From assembly GCA_963823035.1 (NCBI GenBank), contig CAWGKG010000012.1, positions 493,369-557,368 on the forward strand: a stretch of DNA of 64,000 nt, in the 5' to 3' direction. This document shows positions 41,367-54,012 of this stretch, piece after piece. Within the stretch, counting starts at the first letter, position 1. Each line of letters starts with the position of its first letter. The notes under the pieces were generated by a model. The model saw only the letters and a program-made list of their open reading frames with translations. It was not told the DNA's origin and made no database searches. The stretch is from an uncultured Gemmatimonadales bacterium. GTDB taxonomy: Bacteria; Gemmatimonadota; Gemmatimonadetes; Longimicrobiales; Gaopeijiaceae. Made by a program: the position numbers and the translations under genes.

Positions 41367-44075
41367 TCATGAGCGCGCGCCGGTGGTGTCCGGCACGACG
41401 CTCGTGTCCGGAACCGCGCTCGTGCCCGGGACCGCCCTCGTGGTGTCGCGGACGGTCGTATCGGGAACCGCCCGTGGGGTGTCGGCGGCGGCCGCATCGG
41501 GCTCGGACGGCACGGGCATGCCGCCAAGGGCGGTGTCGCCCATCGCGAACGGAGGCTCCCCGTACTGCAGCGCCAGCGCCGACGCGGGCGTGCGGACCAT
41601 CGCCCGGTCGCTCCTCCATACGATGTTCGGCGCGAGCCCCGGAGGCCGCTGGAAGTGCTGGGCGCCCACGAGCTCGCCCGGCCGGAGGAGGTGCTCGACC
41701 ACGTCCATCTCGACGGCGGCGCCCTGCTGCAGGGTGAGGTCCACCAGGACGGCCGGATCCGGGTCGCCCCAGTGCTCCACCAGCGTGGGGCGGTCCTGCG
41801 TGGGTAGCGCCCGACCGTTGAGCGCGAGGAGGCGCGTGCCCCCGGACTCGGGGAAGCGGAGCTGGATGAGCTCGGCCCCGATCGCCGAGCGCAACGCCAG
41901 GCGGACCCGACGCATCCCTCCCGCCATCGAGTCGGCGACGACCCACGCCTCGAGGGGCGGCACTTCCGGCGCGGGCGCGGAGCCGACGCGGGCCGTGTCC
42001 CGGTACCCGAACCCGTCCATGGGGCGGGTCTCCGTGAACGGGGCGCCGGCGCCGGTGGCGGCCCAGCTCTCGGCGTCCGTGGAGGCGTCGGGGCGCGTCA
42101 CCCAGAGCGCCTCGCCGCTCCCGTGGTCGAACGCCCAGGCGAGCGTCGACGGCGCGGGAAGCTCGGGGGTGGGCCCGGCGCGCTGGATGCCGATCCCCAG
42201 ACAGGCGGCGCCGAGCACGAGCGCCGTGAGCGGCGCCCACCAGGCGTTCGGCTCGCGCAGGTGGTCGAGCGCCGGGAGGAGGAGGATCAGCCCGATCGTG
42301 ACGAGCACGCCGAGCTGCAGGGCCGCCTGGAACGACAGCCCCAGCCAGAGCAGCTCGACCGCCGGTGTGAGGAAGACGAGCACGCCGATCGCCAGGATCA
42401 GCGAGAGCACCCACGAGATCGTCGCGGTGCGCGGTCCCTTCTTCAGCAGGAGCGTTCCGAGGCCCAGGTACGCGGCGGTCACCGGCCACTGCAGCGTGGC
42501 CGCCGCCAGGGGCGCTTCGATCGAGAGAAAGAGCGCGGCGGCCAAGGGGATGACGAGCGCCCCCCACACCAACGGACCCGCGCCCACCCAGCGCCGGGCC
42601 AGGCCGAAGAGCGTGGTGACGATCGCCAGCCCGGCGCCGACGAGCGCGAGGACGTACCACCCCTCGTGATGGAAGGCGCTGCCGACCAGGGCGCCCCACT
42701 CCGGATGGAAGCGCGGCAGCCACCGCATGAGCGCCCACCCGACGGCCCCGGTGAGCGCGGTGGACACGAGGCCGAGGCCGAATCCGACCAGGAGGCCGGG
42801 CCAGCGGCCCTCCGACTTGACGATCGCCAGCAGCACGAGGATGGCGAGCAGCAGCACCCACGCGGCGACCGGGAGCACGAGCGATCCCGAGTACGCCATC
42901 ACGCCCACCCACGGGACCGTGAAGTAGGTCAGGTCCGGCGCTTCGACCTGGGTGAGCGAGGCGTTCCCCAGCCAGCGGGTCATCCCGAGGAGGTTCTCCC
43001 CGTGATGCTGCAGGAGTGCCTCCGAGAGGTTGGTCGGCTGGTCGTAGGTCTGGTGGTAGACCGAGGCGCGCGAGATCCCCGCGAAGTTGAGCCCCTGCTT
43101 GCCGGCCCCCCGGAAGCGGGTGAAGTCCGTGTCGTTCGGGAGTCGCTTGTAGACCTCGTAGGAGAGCGAGTTCGTCCACGGCCGGATGCCGGCGGAGCGC
43201 ATGGCGCGCACGACCCAGCCGTTCTGGTCGCCCGTCTCGAACATGATCGACGGACCGCCGCCACCGCGCATCTCGAAGTTGAGCACGACCTGGACGTCCT
43301 GCATCCAGGGGTGCTCGTCCACGAACGCCTGCGCACCGAGCAGGCCCAGCTCTTCCGCGTCGGTGATCAGCACGATCACGTCGTTCTGCAGGGGCGGGCC
43401 CGCCTTCAGCGCCCGGATCGACTCGAGGATCGCCACCACGCCCGCGCCGTCGTCTCCGGCGCCCAGCGCGATGCCGGCCGCGTCGTAGTGCGCCAGGAGG
43501 AGCACCGCGCCGGTGCTCGCCGTGCCGGGCATGCGCGCGACCACGTTGCGTACGGTGGCGGCTCGGACGCGGGAGCCGCGCTCGATCATCGCCGTGGTGG
43601 TCTGGACCTGCGGGTCGAGCCCCAGGCCGACGAGCCGCTCGACAATGTACTTGCGGACCCGCGCCTGCTCGGGCGAGCCCGTGGGGTGTGCGCGGCGCGC
43701 GATCTCCACGTCCATCGCCATGGCGCGGGCCGACGAGAACGCCGTGTCCGCAGCGTTCGCCGCCACCGGGGCGGGCATGGTCCGCTGCGCGCTCGTCATC
43801 CAGACCGCCGCGGCGAGCGCGACCAGCATGGCCGGCCCCCTCCACCGGCTCTTCGGCCCCGGAGCCTCGGGGGACCGGGCCTTCTTCTTCGCCTTCGGCG
43901 GCTTCCCCCCGGGGGGTGGCGGCCCCTTGGGCGTCCGGTCGTCGAGGCCGAGTGCGCGCCGCTCCGCCTCGGTGAGCTCGGAGCCCTCCTTCTCGTTGGT
44001 GTAGGCCTCGCGCTCTTCTTCGGTGATCCCGAGCTCTTCGTCGGAAGGGAGGTCGGGGAGCTTGTAGTCGGTCAT
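41367..44075 (-). CDS. Membrane M28 metallopeptidase (ERMP1/Pff1-like)
   Basis: AHYD, GAGDDGAG, DAEELGL, NFEMRG, PNDTD, YHQ; then multiple TM helices. Confidence 0.9.
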   Translation of the reverse strand: MTDYKLPDLPSDEELGITEEEREAYTNEKEGSELTEAERRALGLDDRTPKGPPPPGGKPPKAKKKARSPEAPGPKSRWRGPAMLVALAAAVWMTSAQRTMPAPVAANAADTAFSSARAMAMDVEIARRAHPTGSPEQARVRKYIVERLVGLGLDPQVQTTTAMIERGSRVRAATVRNVVARMPGTASTGAVLLLAHYDAAGIALGAGDDGAGVVAILESIRALKAGPPLQNDVIVLITDAEELGLLGAQAFVDEHPWMQDVQVVLNFEMRGGGGPSIMFETGDQNGWVVRAMRSAGIRPWTNSLSYEVYKRLPNDTDFTRFRGAGKQGLNFAGISRASVYHQTYDQPTNLSEALLQHHGENLLGMTRWLGNASLTQVEAPDLTYFTVPWVGVMAYSGSLVLPVAAWVLLLAILVLLAIVKSEGRWPGLLVGFGLGLVSTALTGAVGWALMRWLPRFHPEWGALVGSAFHHEGWYVLALVGAGLAIVTTLFGLARRWVGAGPLVWGALVIPLAAALFLSIEAPLAAATLQWPVTAAYLGLGTLLLKKGPRTATISWVLSLILAIGVLVFLTPAVELLWLGLSFQAALQLGVLVTIGLILLLPALDHLREPNAWWAPLTALVLGAACLGIGIQRAGPTPELPAPSTLAWAFDHGSGEALWVTRPDASTDAESWAATGAGAPFTETRPMDGFGYRDTARVGSAPAPEVPPLEAWVVADSMAGGMRRVRLALRSAIGAELIQLRFPESGGTRLLALNGRALPTQDRPTLVEHWGDPDPAVLVDLTLQQGAAVEMDVVEHLLRPGELVGAQHFQRPPGLAPNIVWRSDRAMVRTPASALALQYGEPPFAMGDTALGGMPVPSEPDAAAADTPRAVPDTTVRDTTRAVPGTSAVPDTSVVPDTTGARS
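41382..41471 (-). repeat. Degenerate coding tandem repeat (xVPDT/S units) at the M28 C-terminus
   Basis: AVPDTT-VRDTT-RAVPGTS-AVPDTS-VVPDTT. Confidence 0.65.
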
Positions 44076-45554
44076 GGACGCTGTCCCGCGAGTGCTTTGA
44101 CGACCTCGTCGATGGCCGCGCGGACGCGCGACGAGGGGAGTCCCGAGCCGTTGGAGAGGATGGAGAACACGATCTGACTGCCGTCGTTCCCTACGAGATA
44201 CCCCGATAGGGAGTTCACGTTGGAGATCGTTCCGGTCTTCGCGTAGAGGCGTCCCTCGAATCCCGGGAGGCGCCGTTCGAGGGTGGAGTCCTCCTCTCCG
44301 GGTTCGGCCAGGGCATGTCGGAAGGCCTCGCCGTCGGGGCCCGCCGCCATGTACCGGAGGATGCGCACGACGGCGCGCGGCGTCACGATGTTCGCCGAGG
44401 AGAGGCCCGAACCGTCCCGCGGCGCGACGTCCAGCGAGTCGATGCCGACCCGGTCGACCAGGAACCGCTCGACGACGTCCAGCCCGCCCTCCCAACTGCC
44501 GCGCTCGCCCCGCTCCGCCCCGAGCGTCCGGACGAGTTGCTCGGTCATCCAGTTCTGGCTCGGCTCGAGAACGGCCTGGACGATCCGGATGAGCGGTGGA
44601 GAGGTCAGCCCCGCCAGGCGCACGGCGTCCGGGCACGCCCGGATGCCGCCCGAGAGGCAGCCTCCGCCCAGGTCGGTACCGCGGTCCCAGAGAATGCCCC
44701 AATCGCCCACCACCTCGATGCCGCGTTCCGCCAGGGCCCGAGCCAGCGCCGCCGAGGCCTGACGCACGGGGTCCCTCAGCGCGAAGGTGAGCGTGTCGGC
44801 GGTGCCCGCCCGCACCCGCCCTTCGAGCACGAGCCGATGCGATTCGGGGAGGTAGCTCGACCGGATCCGTGTGGTGGAGTCCGGCGGTGCCGTCGTGAGC
44901 GTGACCTCCACGAAGTCGGGCGTTCCAACCGGGCTCCACGTCAGCGCCGGCTCCGTGTCCGGGTCGACGCCCCCATGCACGATGACGCGCAGCTCGCCGC
45001 GGTCCACAGCGAAGGCGCCCCCGGTCGCGGCGTAGCCGTACGGAAGGTCGTCCACCTCCCACGACGGTCCCACCGAGGTGGAGTCCCATGCCGAAGCGTC
45101 TACCAGGAGTCGTCCGCCCACACGGCGCACTCCGGCCGCACGCAGGCTGTCGGCGAGCGCGCCCAGCGCCTCCTCTCCTGAAGACCAGAACGGCCGTCCC
45201 AGGGTGGGGTCGCCCGTTCCGACCACGACGAGGTCTCCCTCGAGCGTTCCGTCCAATAGGGGGCTCGTGGCGTACACCGCCGTCTCGTAGCGGTAGTCCG
45301 AGCCGAGGAGCGAGAGCGCCGTGGACGTGACCAGCAGCTTCTGGTTGGAGGCCGGCACGAAGTGCTGGCGCGCGTTCCGCTCGTAGAGGATCCGACCGTC
45401 GCGTGGCCAGCTCCGCCAGGACACCGAAGTGCACCTGGTCCATCGGCGGCGCGTCGAGGATCGCCTCCACCGCCCTTCGATCGACGGACGGCGCGCCCCG
45501 TCCGAGCGTCGCGCAACTCGTTCCGCCGAGGAAGGTCGCGGCGGCGAGGACCAT
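44072..45554 (-). CDS. dacB: D-Ala-D-Ala carboxypeptidase/endopeptidase (PBP4, S13); frameshift near 45400; in frame with the upstream AraC domain
   Basis: SxxK (ASNQK), GDPTL, SxN (SQN), DGSGLS, KTG. Confidence 0.92.
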
Positions 45555-46349
45555 CCCCCGCACGGCGCGGCCCCGGCGACGCCGGGGGCTGGTGCCCGCG
45601 AAGAGCTGGGTCTGCACGTAGGGCAGGCCGCCCCGCCTGGCGACAACGGTCGGCGTCCGGCCCACCTCGCGCTTCATGGCCCTGGACAGGGCGTTGGCGG
45701 TGGAGTACCCGAGAAGGAACGCCGTCTCCTCCACGGTCCGATGGTCTCGGTCGAGGTAGGCACCGGCGAGCAGGAGCCGGCCCCACAGGAGCATACGGTT
45801 GGCGGGCGGAAGACCGCTCTCCCGGAGAAGGCGGCCGAGGCTGCGGGTCGTGTGGCCCAGCGCCGCGGCGAAGTCCGACACGGACAGGGTCTTTCCCGCG
45901 TGCTCGACGGCCCAGGACACGATCCGCACGACCTCCGGCTCGTAGCGTCCCTGGAGCATGGCGCCCACGCGGCTGGCGCGTGCCGACGCGAGCGAGCGTT
46001 CCATGGCCTCGCGGATCGTGCTCGCCCACGGCGGACGGCGCGCGAGCACGACGCCGTCCACGCCCAGACCCCCGAGGCGGTAGAGCTCGAGGCCGCTCTC
46101 GTCGACGTCCGCGTACACGGCGAGGGCGAGGCCGGTGTAGCGTTGGCGGAGCCTGCGGATGTGGGCGAGCGCGTCTTCGCGCGTCGGATAGTCTCCATCC
46201 ACCACGCATCCGTCCACGACCTCCGTCTCGACGATCGTGGTCAGCTCGCTCCAGGTGCTCACGGTGGTCACGCGGTGCCACGTGCTCAGCGCATCGGAGA
46301 GGCGGGCACGAACCCGTGCGTCGGGCTGGAAGACCACCACGTATGCCAA
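45555..46349 (-). CDS. AraC-family regulator (REC-like N-terminus plus double HTH); no stop before dacB
   Basis: SV..FAAALG.T.RSL.R and TVEETAFLLGYSTANALSRAMKR.VG.TP. Confidence 0.85.
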
Positions 46350-46495
46350 GAGATTCCCCCCGTTCTGCTCGAGGAGGAGCGGTGCCGCTGTCGTCTGCGG
46401 GCCCTGACCCGTTCGATGTCGGGGAAGCGAGTGCGAAGATGTTGGAGGGTGCGGAGAACGGCAAGCGGCCGGAAAGGCCCTGCGTGCGCGCGGAT

Positions 46496-46819
46496 TCAGC
46501 CGACGGGCTCGAGCCTGACCGCGGTGCCGTAGCAGAGCATCTCGGCCGCGCCGCGCATGATCTCGGCCGTCTGGAAGCGCACCATGACCACCGCGTCGGC
46601 GCCGAGCGCCTCGGCCTCCTCGACCATGCGGTCGATCGCCTGCTCCCTCGCCTCGGCCATCATCTTCGTGTACTCGCGGATCTCCCCGCCGGCGAGGTTG
46701 CGCAGCACAGCCATCACGTCGCGGCCGACGTGCCGTGCCCGGATGGTGTTGCCGCGCACCAGGCCCAGCGTCTGCACCACCCGCATTCCCGGAAGGTCCG
46801 GTGTTGTGACCACGATCAT
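46496..46819 (-). CDS. YbjQ/UPF0145 family protein
   Basis: GLVRGNT, GGE..YT....AR..A..RM, GADAVV, YGTAV. Confidence 0.92.
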   Translation of the reverse strand: MIVVTTPDLPGMRVVQTLGLVRGNTIRARHVGRDVMAVLRNLAGGEIREYTKMMAEAREQAIDRMVEEAEALGADAVVMVRFQTAEIMRGAAEMLCYGTAVRLEPVG

Positions 46820-47241
46820 CGATACACGTCCCGGTACGGGTCGGTGAGCCACTCGCGGTACCGCTCCCAGATCACGCTCGCGAGCAGCAGCACGATGCCG
46901 ATCACCACGGCGCCGGTGGCGAGCTTCTCCCACGGATTCACCGGAGAGGCGGCGAAGACGTAGGCGCCGTAGCCCGTCCACACGGCGGCGCCGGCGACCA
47001 CCAGGACCCACCCGATGGGACGGGTGAGTTGCTGGTTGACCTCATCCCAGACCGAACGGCGGTGGGTGCCGGGATCGAAGGTCAGGTCCTGGAAGCCCGC
47101 CTTCATGGCGCGGAAGATCCTCACCTCACGGCCGAGCTCGGTGGAGGCCTCGATGTGAGCCTGGACGCGCGCGCTCTCCTCGGGCGGCATCTCGCCGTCC
47201 AGGAAGCGCATCAGGTCTTCATGGGACAGATCGTCGTGCAT
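46816..47241 (-). CDS. Membrane anti-sigma factor (zf-HC2-like, Cys-less)
   Basis: LMRFLDGEM, HIEASTEL, two TM helices; follows an ECF sigma gene. Confidence 0.8.
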   Translation of the reverse strand: MHDDLSHEDLMRFLDGEMPPEESARVQAHIEASTELGREVRIFRAMKAGFQDLTFDPGTHRRSVWDEVNQQLTRPIGWVLVVAGAAVWTGYGAYVFAASPVNPWEKLATGAVVIGIVLLLASVIWERYREWLTDPYRDVYR

Positions 47242-47247
47242 GGCTTC

Positions 47248-47820
47248 TCAGGGGAACTCCGCGCCCATCTCGTCGAGCGCGTCCTTCAGCGCCCGCCGTG
47301 CGTGGAACAGCCGGCTGGCCACGGTGCCCTCCGGAATCTCGAGGATGCGTGCGATCTCGTTGTACCGAAATCCCTGCAACTCCTTGAGGACGAGGATCTC
47401 GCGATGGTCCTCGCCCACCTTCTCCAGCGCCTTCCAGAGCAGCTCGCGAGCCGCGCTCCGCTGCCGTACGCGCTCCGGGCTCTGCGCCGGATCCGCGGGT
47501 CGAAGCTCGAGACGCTCGTCCAGCGCCTCGACCCTGAAGCGCGCCTGCCGGCTCCGGAGCACGTCCCGGCAGTGGTTGCGCAGGATCTGGAAGAACCACG
47601 GACCGAACGGGCGCCGCATGTCGAAGCGATGCAGCGCCTCGTAGGCCTTCACGAAGGCGTCCTGAAGGGCGTCGCGCGCGTCCTCGATGTTGCCGAGCAT
47701 GGCCGCGGCGAGACGCAGCCCCGAGGGTTCATACGCCCGTACCAGAGGTTCGTAGAAACGGGCGTCACCCGACTTGCATTTGCGAATGAGCTCCCGCTCC
47801 AGATCCGGTTGCAACGGCAC
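47248..47820 (-). CDS. ECF sigma-70 factor
   Basis: DARDALQDAF, WFFQILRN, EIARIL.IP.GTV.SRL..AR. Confidence 0.93.
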   Translation of the reverse strand: MPLQPDLERELIRKCKSGDARFYEPLVRAYEPSGLRLAAAMLGNIEDARDALQDAFVKAYEALHRFDMRRPFGPWFFQILRNHCRDVLRSRQARFRVEALDERLELRPADPAQSPERVRQRSAARELLWKALEKVGEDHREILVLKELQGFRYNEIARILEIPEGTVASRLFHARRALKDALDEMGAEFP

Positions 47821-47919
47821 TCCTCACCTGTGAGACGGGATACGCGAACCGCGAGGAATTTCTTCGACGGGGGGGCGCGTGTCCACGTTTCTCTCGGACG
47901 GGACGGCCCCCCACCGCGG

Positions 47920-49105
47920 TCAACGCGCCATGATCTCGGCGAGGGCCGCCTGGAAGGTGGACAACTCGTCCCTCGGTGTTGAAGTAGTGCGGTGAGATCC
48001 GTAGCGCCCCGTCGACCCCTTTGGCGTCGTAGTCCAGCACCGCGTCCGTGCGGGTCTGTCCCGTGGTGTTGATGCCGCGCCGGCGGAGCGCGCGCACCAG
48101 GTCGCGGCTCCCATGGCCATCGACCGAGACGCGTCACGATCGCGGCGAGCTCGGGCTCCCCGATCGAGAATGCGCACGCCGGGGAGCGCGGCCAGCTCTT
48201 CCCGCAGCCGTCCGGCGAGGTGGCGCACGCGGTCACGCGTCGCTTCCAGGCCGACCTCCATCGCGTAGCGCGCGGCGGCGCCCGTACCGAGCACGAGCGC
48301 CCAGGCGAACTCCCACGTCTCGAAGCGGCGGGCGTCCGGGGCAGGCTGGTAGAGGTTCTCGTCGATCCAATCCGCTCCCCGCAGGTCGGGGAAGAGCGGC
48401 TCGAGGCCAGCGTCGAGCACGCGGTCGGAGACCCACAGGAAGCCCGAGCCCCGCGGCCCGCGCAGGAACTTCCGCGCCGTCGCCGAGAGGAAGTCGCAGC
48501 CCATCGCGGCCGGCTCGACCGGCATCTGGCCGACCGACTGGCAGGCGTCCACCAGATAGAGGATGTCGCGCGCCCGGCACATGCGGCCGATCGCGGCCAC
48601 GTCCTGGACCAGGCCCGGAGTTCGTGGGCACGTGCGTCACGGCGACCAGGCGGGGCCGGCGGCGGTGGATGATCTCCTCCACGGCCTGCAGGTCGGCCCC
48701 GCCCTCCGGTGCGTCCGGGGCGCGCACCACCTCGATGCCGAAGCGGTCCGCCAGCGCCACGTACTGGATCTGGTTGGAGACGTAGTCGCTCCGCGTCGTC
48801 AGCACCACGTCGCCGGCGGCGAAGCGGATGGAGGAGAGCGCCTGGGTGAAGGAGGTGGTGGCGTGCTCCGTGAAGGCGACGTTGCGCACCTCGGTCGACA
48901 GGAGGCTCGCGACCGCTTCCCTGGCGTCGGCGATCGCGGGGGCCGCTTCGGCCTCGGCCTCGTAGCCGCCGATGCGCGCTTCCAGCTCGAGATGCTCCCG
49001 GATGGCCGTGAGCACCGGGTCGGGCATGAGCGAGGCGCCGGCGTTGTTGAGGTGGACGCGGTGCGCGCAGCCAGGCGTCTCGGCGCGCAGGCGCTGGATG
49101 TCCAT
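47920..49105 (-). CDS. Class V PLP aminotransferase / cysteine desulfurase-like; several frameshifts
   Basis: HLNNAGAS, THVPTNSG, DACQSVGQ, TARKFLRGPRG, LRISPHYFNT. Confidence 0.88.
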
Positions 49106-49110
49106 CACGC

Positions 49111-50079
49111 CTACCCGTGCGTCGCCAGGTCCAGCACCCAGCGCAGCGCGGCCAGCATCACCAGCGTCACGCCCTCCAGGCGCGACACCCGCCATCCCGA
49201 GCGCATCATCACCATGACCACGACCACCATCGCCGTGAGCGCGAGAAGGGACGCGCGCGCGGCGGGGTCGAGCGACATCGGGTGCAGGATGCCCGCGACG
49301 CCCAGGACGCCGAGGACGTTGAAGATGTCGCTGCCGATCACGTTTCCGGCGCTGATGGCCATGTGACCACGGGCCACGCCCGCGATGGTGGTGGCCAGCT
49401 CGGGCACGGATGTGCCCGCGGCCACGACCGTGACCGCGATGGCCCATTCGCTCAGACCGAAGTTGCGCGCGAGGGCCGTCGCCGAGCCGATGAGGAAGTG
49501 CGAGGCCACCGCCACCACCAGCAGACCCGAACGCCAGGAGAGCCGCCTGACGCCAGAGGGGGAGCCCCTCGGCCACGCCGCCGCCCGTTTCCGGGGCGGG
49601 GGGCGCCATGCCGGTGTGCCGCGCCCTCCACACGAACGCCAGGTAGGTGCCGAGCATCGCGACGAGGAGCACGCCGTCGAGGAGGCTCAGATGGAGGTCG
49701 ATCCCCACCAGCAGGTAGAGGACCACGGTCGCGGCAACCAGCACGAGCGAGTCCCGCCACACCAGGAGGGCGTCGGTCGGAATCGCCCGCAGGAGCGCGG
49801 CGCTGCCGAGGATGAACCCCAGGTTGAAGATGTTCGACCCGACGATGTTGCCCACCGAGATCGAGCTCTGCCCCTCGAACGCGGCGATGAGCGTGACCCC
49901 GAACTCCGGCGCGGACGTGCCGAAGGCCACCACCGTGAGGCCCGATCGGCCAGCTCGGAGACGCCGGCGCGCTGCGCCATCTCCGCGGCGGCGTCCACCA
50001 CGTACTTGGCGCCCACCGCGATGGCGAAGAACGTCGCCAGCACGACCAGGGCGTTCGCCCAGACGGGTAGGGACTCCAT
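49111..50079 (-). CDS. Ca2+/Na+ antiporter (YrbG family); frameshifts
   Basis: GTSAPE..GNIVGSN and GTSVPE..GNVIGSD alpha repeats. Confidence 0.88.
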
Positions 50080-50138
50080 GGGGCGGGGGCGGCCTCCGGA
50101 GAATGCGACTGGACTTCTCGAAGTTAGGCAAAATGCGG

Positions 50139-50175
50139 GGTCGGGGTCCACGACGGTCGGCCGTGGACCCCGACC
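50139..50175 (-). terminator. Hairpin downstream of the amidohydrolase gene
   Basis: GGTCGGGGTCCACG-N9-CGTGGACCCCGACC, followed by a short T run on the minus strand. Confidence 0.6.
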
Positions 50176-50184
50176 GGCGCGGGG

Positions 50185-51834
50185 TCAGCGGGCGCCGCCG
50201 CCCTGCGTGATGTTGCGCTCGGCCTTCTGCTTGCGGACCATCTCGCGCACGTCCGCGAGGAGCTTCTGCGCGTCGTACACGATGCCGTCCTTGATCGTGT
50301 ACTTGATGCCGCCGACGCGGATGTTCTCCCCGGTCTCGTCGTCCAGCTTGGGCGCGCCCGTTCCGTAGAGGACCTTGAGGTTCTCGGCCGGGTTGGCGTC
50401 CACCATGATCAGGTCGGCCTTGAGGCCGGCCCGCAGGATGCCGAAGTCGGGCGGCGTGTCCGAGTACTTGTAGAGCATCTTGGCGCCGTTCATCGTCGCG
50501 GCGCGGATGACCTCGAAGGGGGTCAGCCCCGCCTCGCGGAGCAGCTCCAGCTCACGGATGTAGTCGAAGCCGTACAGCTTGTAGATGAAGCCGGAGTCCG
50601 ACCCGGTCGTCACGATGCCGCCGGCGTCGTTGAAGTCCTTGATGAAGTGCATCCACTTCTCGTAGAACTTCCGCCAGTGGTACTCGTCCTCCGTGGTCCA
50701 GTAGTACCAGTACGCGCCGTGTGCCTGCCGGCTGGCCTGGTAGAAGTCCCACTGCGTCGGGAGGGTGTACTCGTCGTGCCACTCGGCCCGCGCCGCCCGC
50801 ATCACGTCCCGGCTCGCCTCGTAGATCGTGAAGGTCGGGTCCATCCCGATGCCGAGGTCCAGGAACTGCTGGATCAGGTCGTTCCACTGCTCGCTGCCCG
50901 GCTCCGCCGACTGGTACCAGAGGCGCGCCACGTTCCCGAAGCGGTGCTGCTCGTCGTTGTAGTTGTAGTCGAGCGGCCAGTCCTGGATGGAGTGCTGCGT
51001 GAGCATCGACTCCATGAGACCGTAGTAGTGCGTCTGCATGTCGAGGCCCAGCTTCGCGGCCTGCAGCGTGTTCATGCGCGCGAGGCCCATCTGGTCGAGG
51101 TGGGCGACGGTCTCGAGTTGGTGCTTGTGCGCCTCGTCGATCAGCGCCTCCATGATCTCGGGGTCCCAGGCGCCGAGCTTCAGCCCGTCGATGTGCTGCC
51201 CCTCGACCTCCTGCGCCACGGCCCAGCGCACCCACTCGCGCGCGACCTCCGGCGAGCTGATCGGCTTGCCGCCCCAGCCCTCGCCGGTGCCGGCCCGCAC
51301 GTAGGCGAACATGCGCGGCGCCACGATCTCGTTGCGCGCGCTACGGGCCTTCTCGCGGAGCTGCCACTCGAACTCGCCGTGGGGCACGCCGCGTGAGGTG
51401 GTGATGCCGTTGCCCATCCACAGCTTGTAGACGTACTCGGCCTGGGGCGCCTTCCCGGCTCCGCCGGTGTGGGCGTGCATGTCGACCAGCCCCGGGAGCA
51501 CGAAGAAGCCCGTTCCGTCGATCTCCCGGTCCCCGCCGGCGGGCCGGCGTCGGTCGTTGATCGGCAGGTGGGGAAAGCCCACGGAGCGGATCTCGGCGAT
51601 GCGGTCGCCCTCGATCACGATGTCCACCGGCCCCCGGGGCGGAGCCCCGGTGCCGTCGATCATCGTCGCGCCGCGGATCACGAGGCGCTCGTAGGGGCCG
51701 CCCCCTTCGTCGGCCCGTCGGGCGTGGGTCACTTCCATCCCCTGCGCGCGGGCCTGGCTCGCGAGGCCCAGGGTGGCCGCGACGGCGATCGCGGGCACGA
51801 GAACGGTACGGAGAAGGGGACGGGTCCTCTTCAT
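50185..51834 (-). CDS. Exported amidohydrolase-family protein
   Basis: Signal peptide; PGLVDMHAH, GSDSG, AATMNGA, GLKADL. Confidence 0.9.
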   Translation of the reverse strand: MKRTRPLLRTVLVPAIAVAATLGLASQARAQGMEVTHARRADEGGGPYERLVIRGATMIDGTGAPPRGPVDIVIEGDRIAEIRSVGFPHLPINDRRRPAGGDREIDGTGFFVLPGLVDMHAHTGGAGKAPQAEYVYKLWMGNGITTSRGVPHGEFEWQLREKARSARNEIVAPRMFAYVRAGTGEGWGGKPISSPEVAREWVRWAVAQEVEGQHIDGLKLGAWDPEIMEALIDEAHKHQLETVAHLDQMGLARMNTLQAAKLGLDMQTHYYGLMESMLTQHSIQDWPLDYNYNDEQHRFGNVARLWYQSAEPGSEQWNDLIQQFLDLGIGMDPTFTIYEASRDVMRAARAEWHDEYTLPTQWDFYQASRQAHGAYWYYWTTEDEYHWRKFYEKWMHFIKDFNDAGGIVTTGSDSGFIYKLYGFDYIRELELLREAGLTPFEVIRAATMNGAKMLYKYSDTPPDFGILRAGLKADLIMVDANPAENLKVLYGTGAPKLDDETGENIRVGGIKYTIKDGIVYDAQKLLADVREMVRKQKAERNITQGGGAR

Positions 51835-51944
51835 TCGGTGCCTCCCGTGGGTGTCGGCAGCGTCCCGGCGGGCAGATCCTGGCCGGAGACGAAGGCGTTA
51901 TTATTGGAGCCTCGCCCAATTCGCGCCACGTCGGCGGAGCGCGC

Positions 51945-54011
<2,067 letters not shown>

Positions 54012-54012
<1 letters not shown>

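Noticed and set aside
41367..46349. 1660-aa giant ORF
   Set aside because: The middle is off-frame dacB sequence caused by an indel; the M28 gene has its own ATG overlapping the dacB stop
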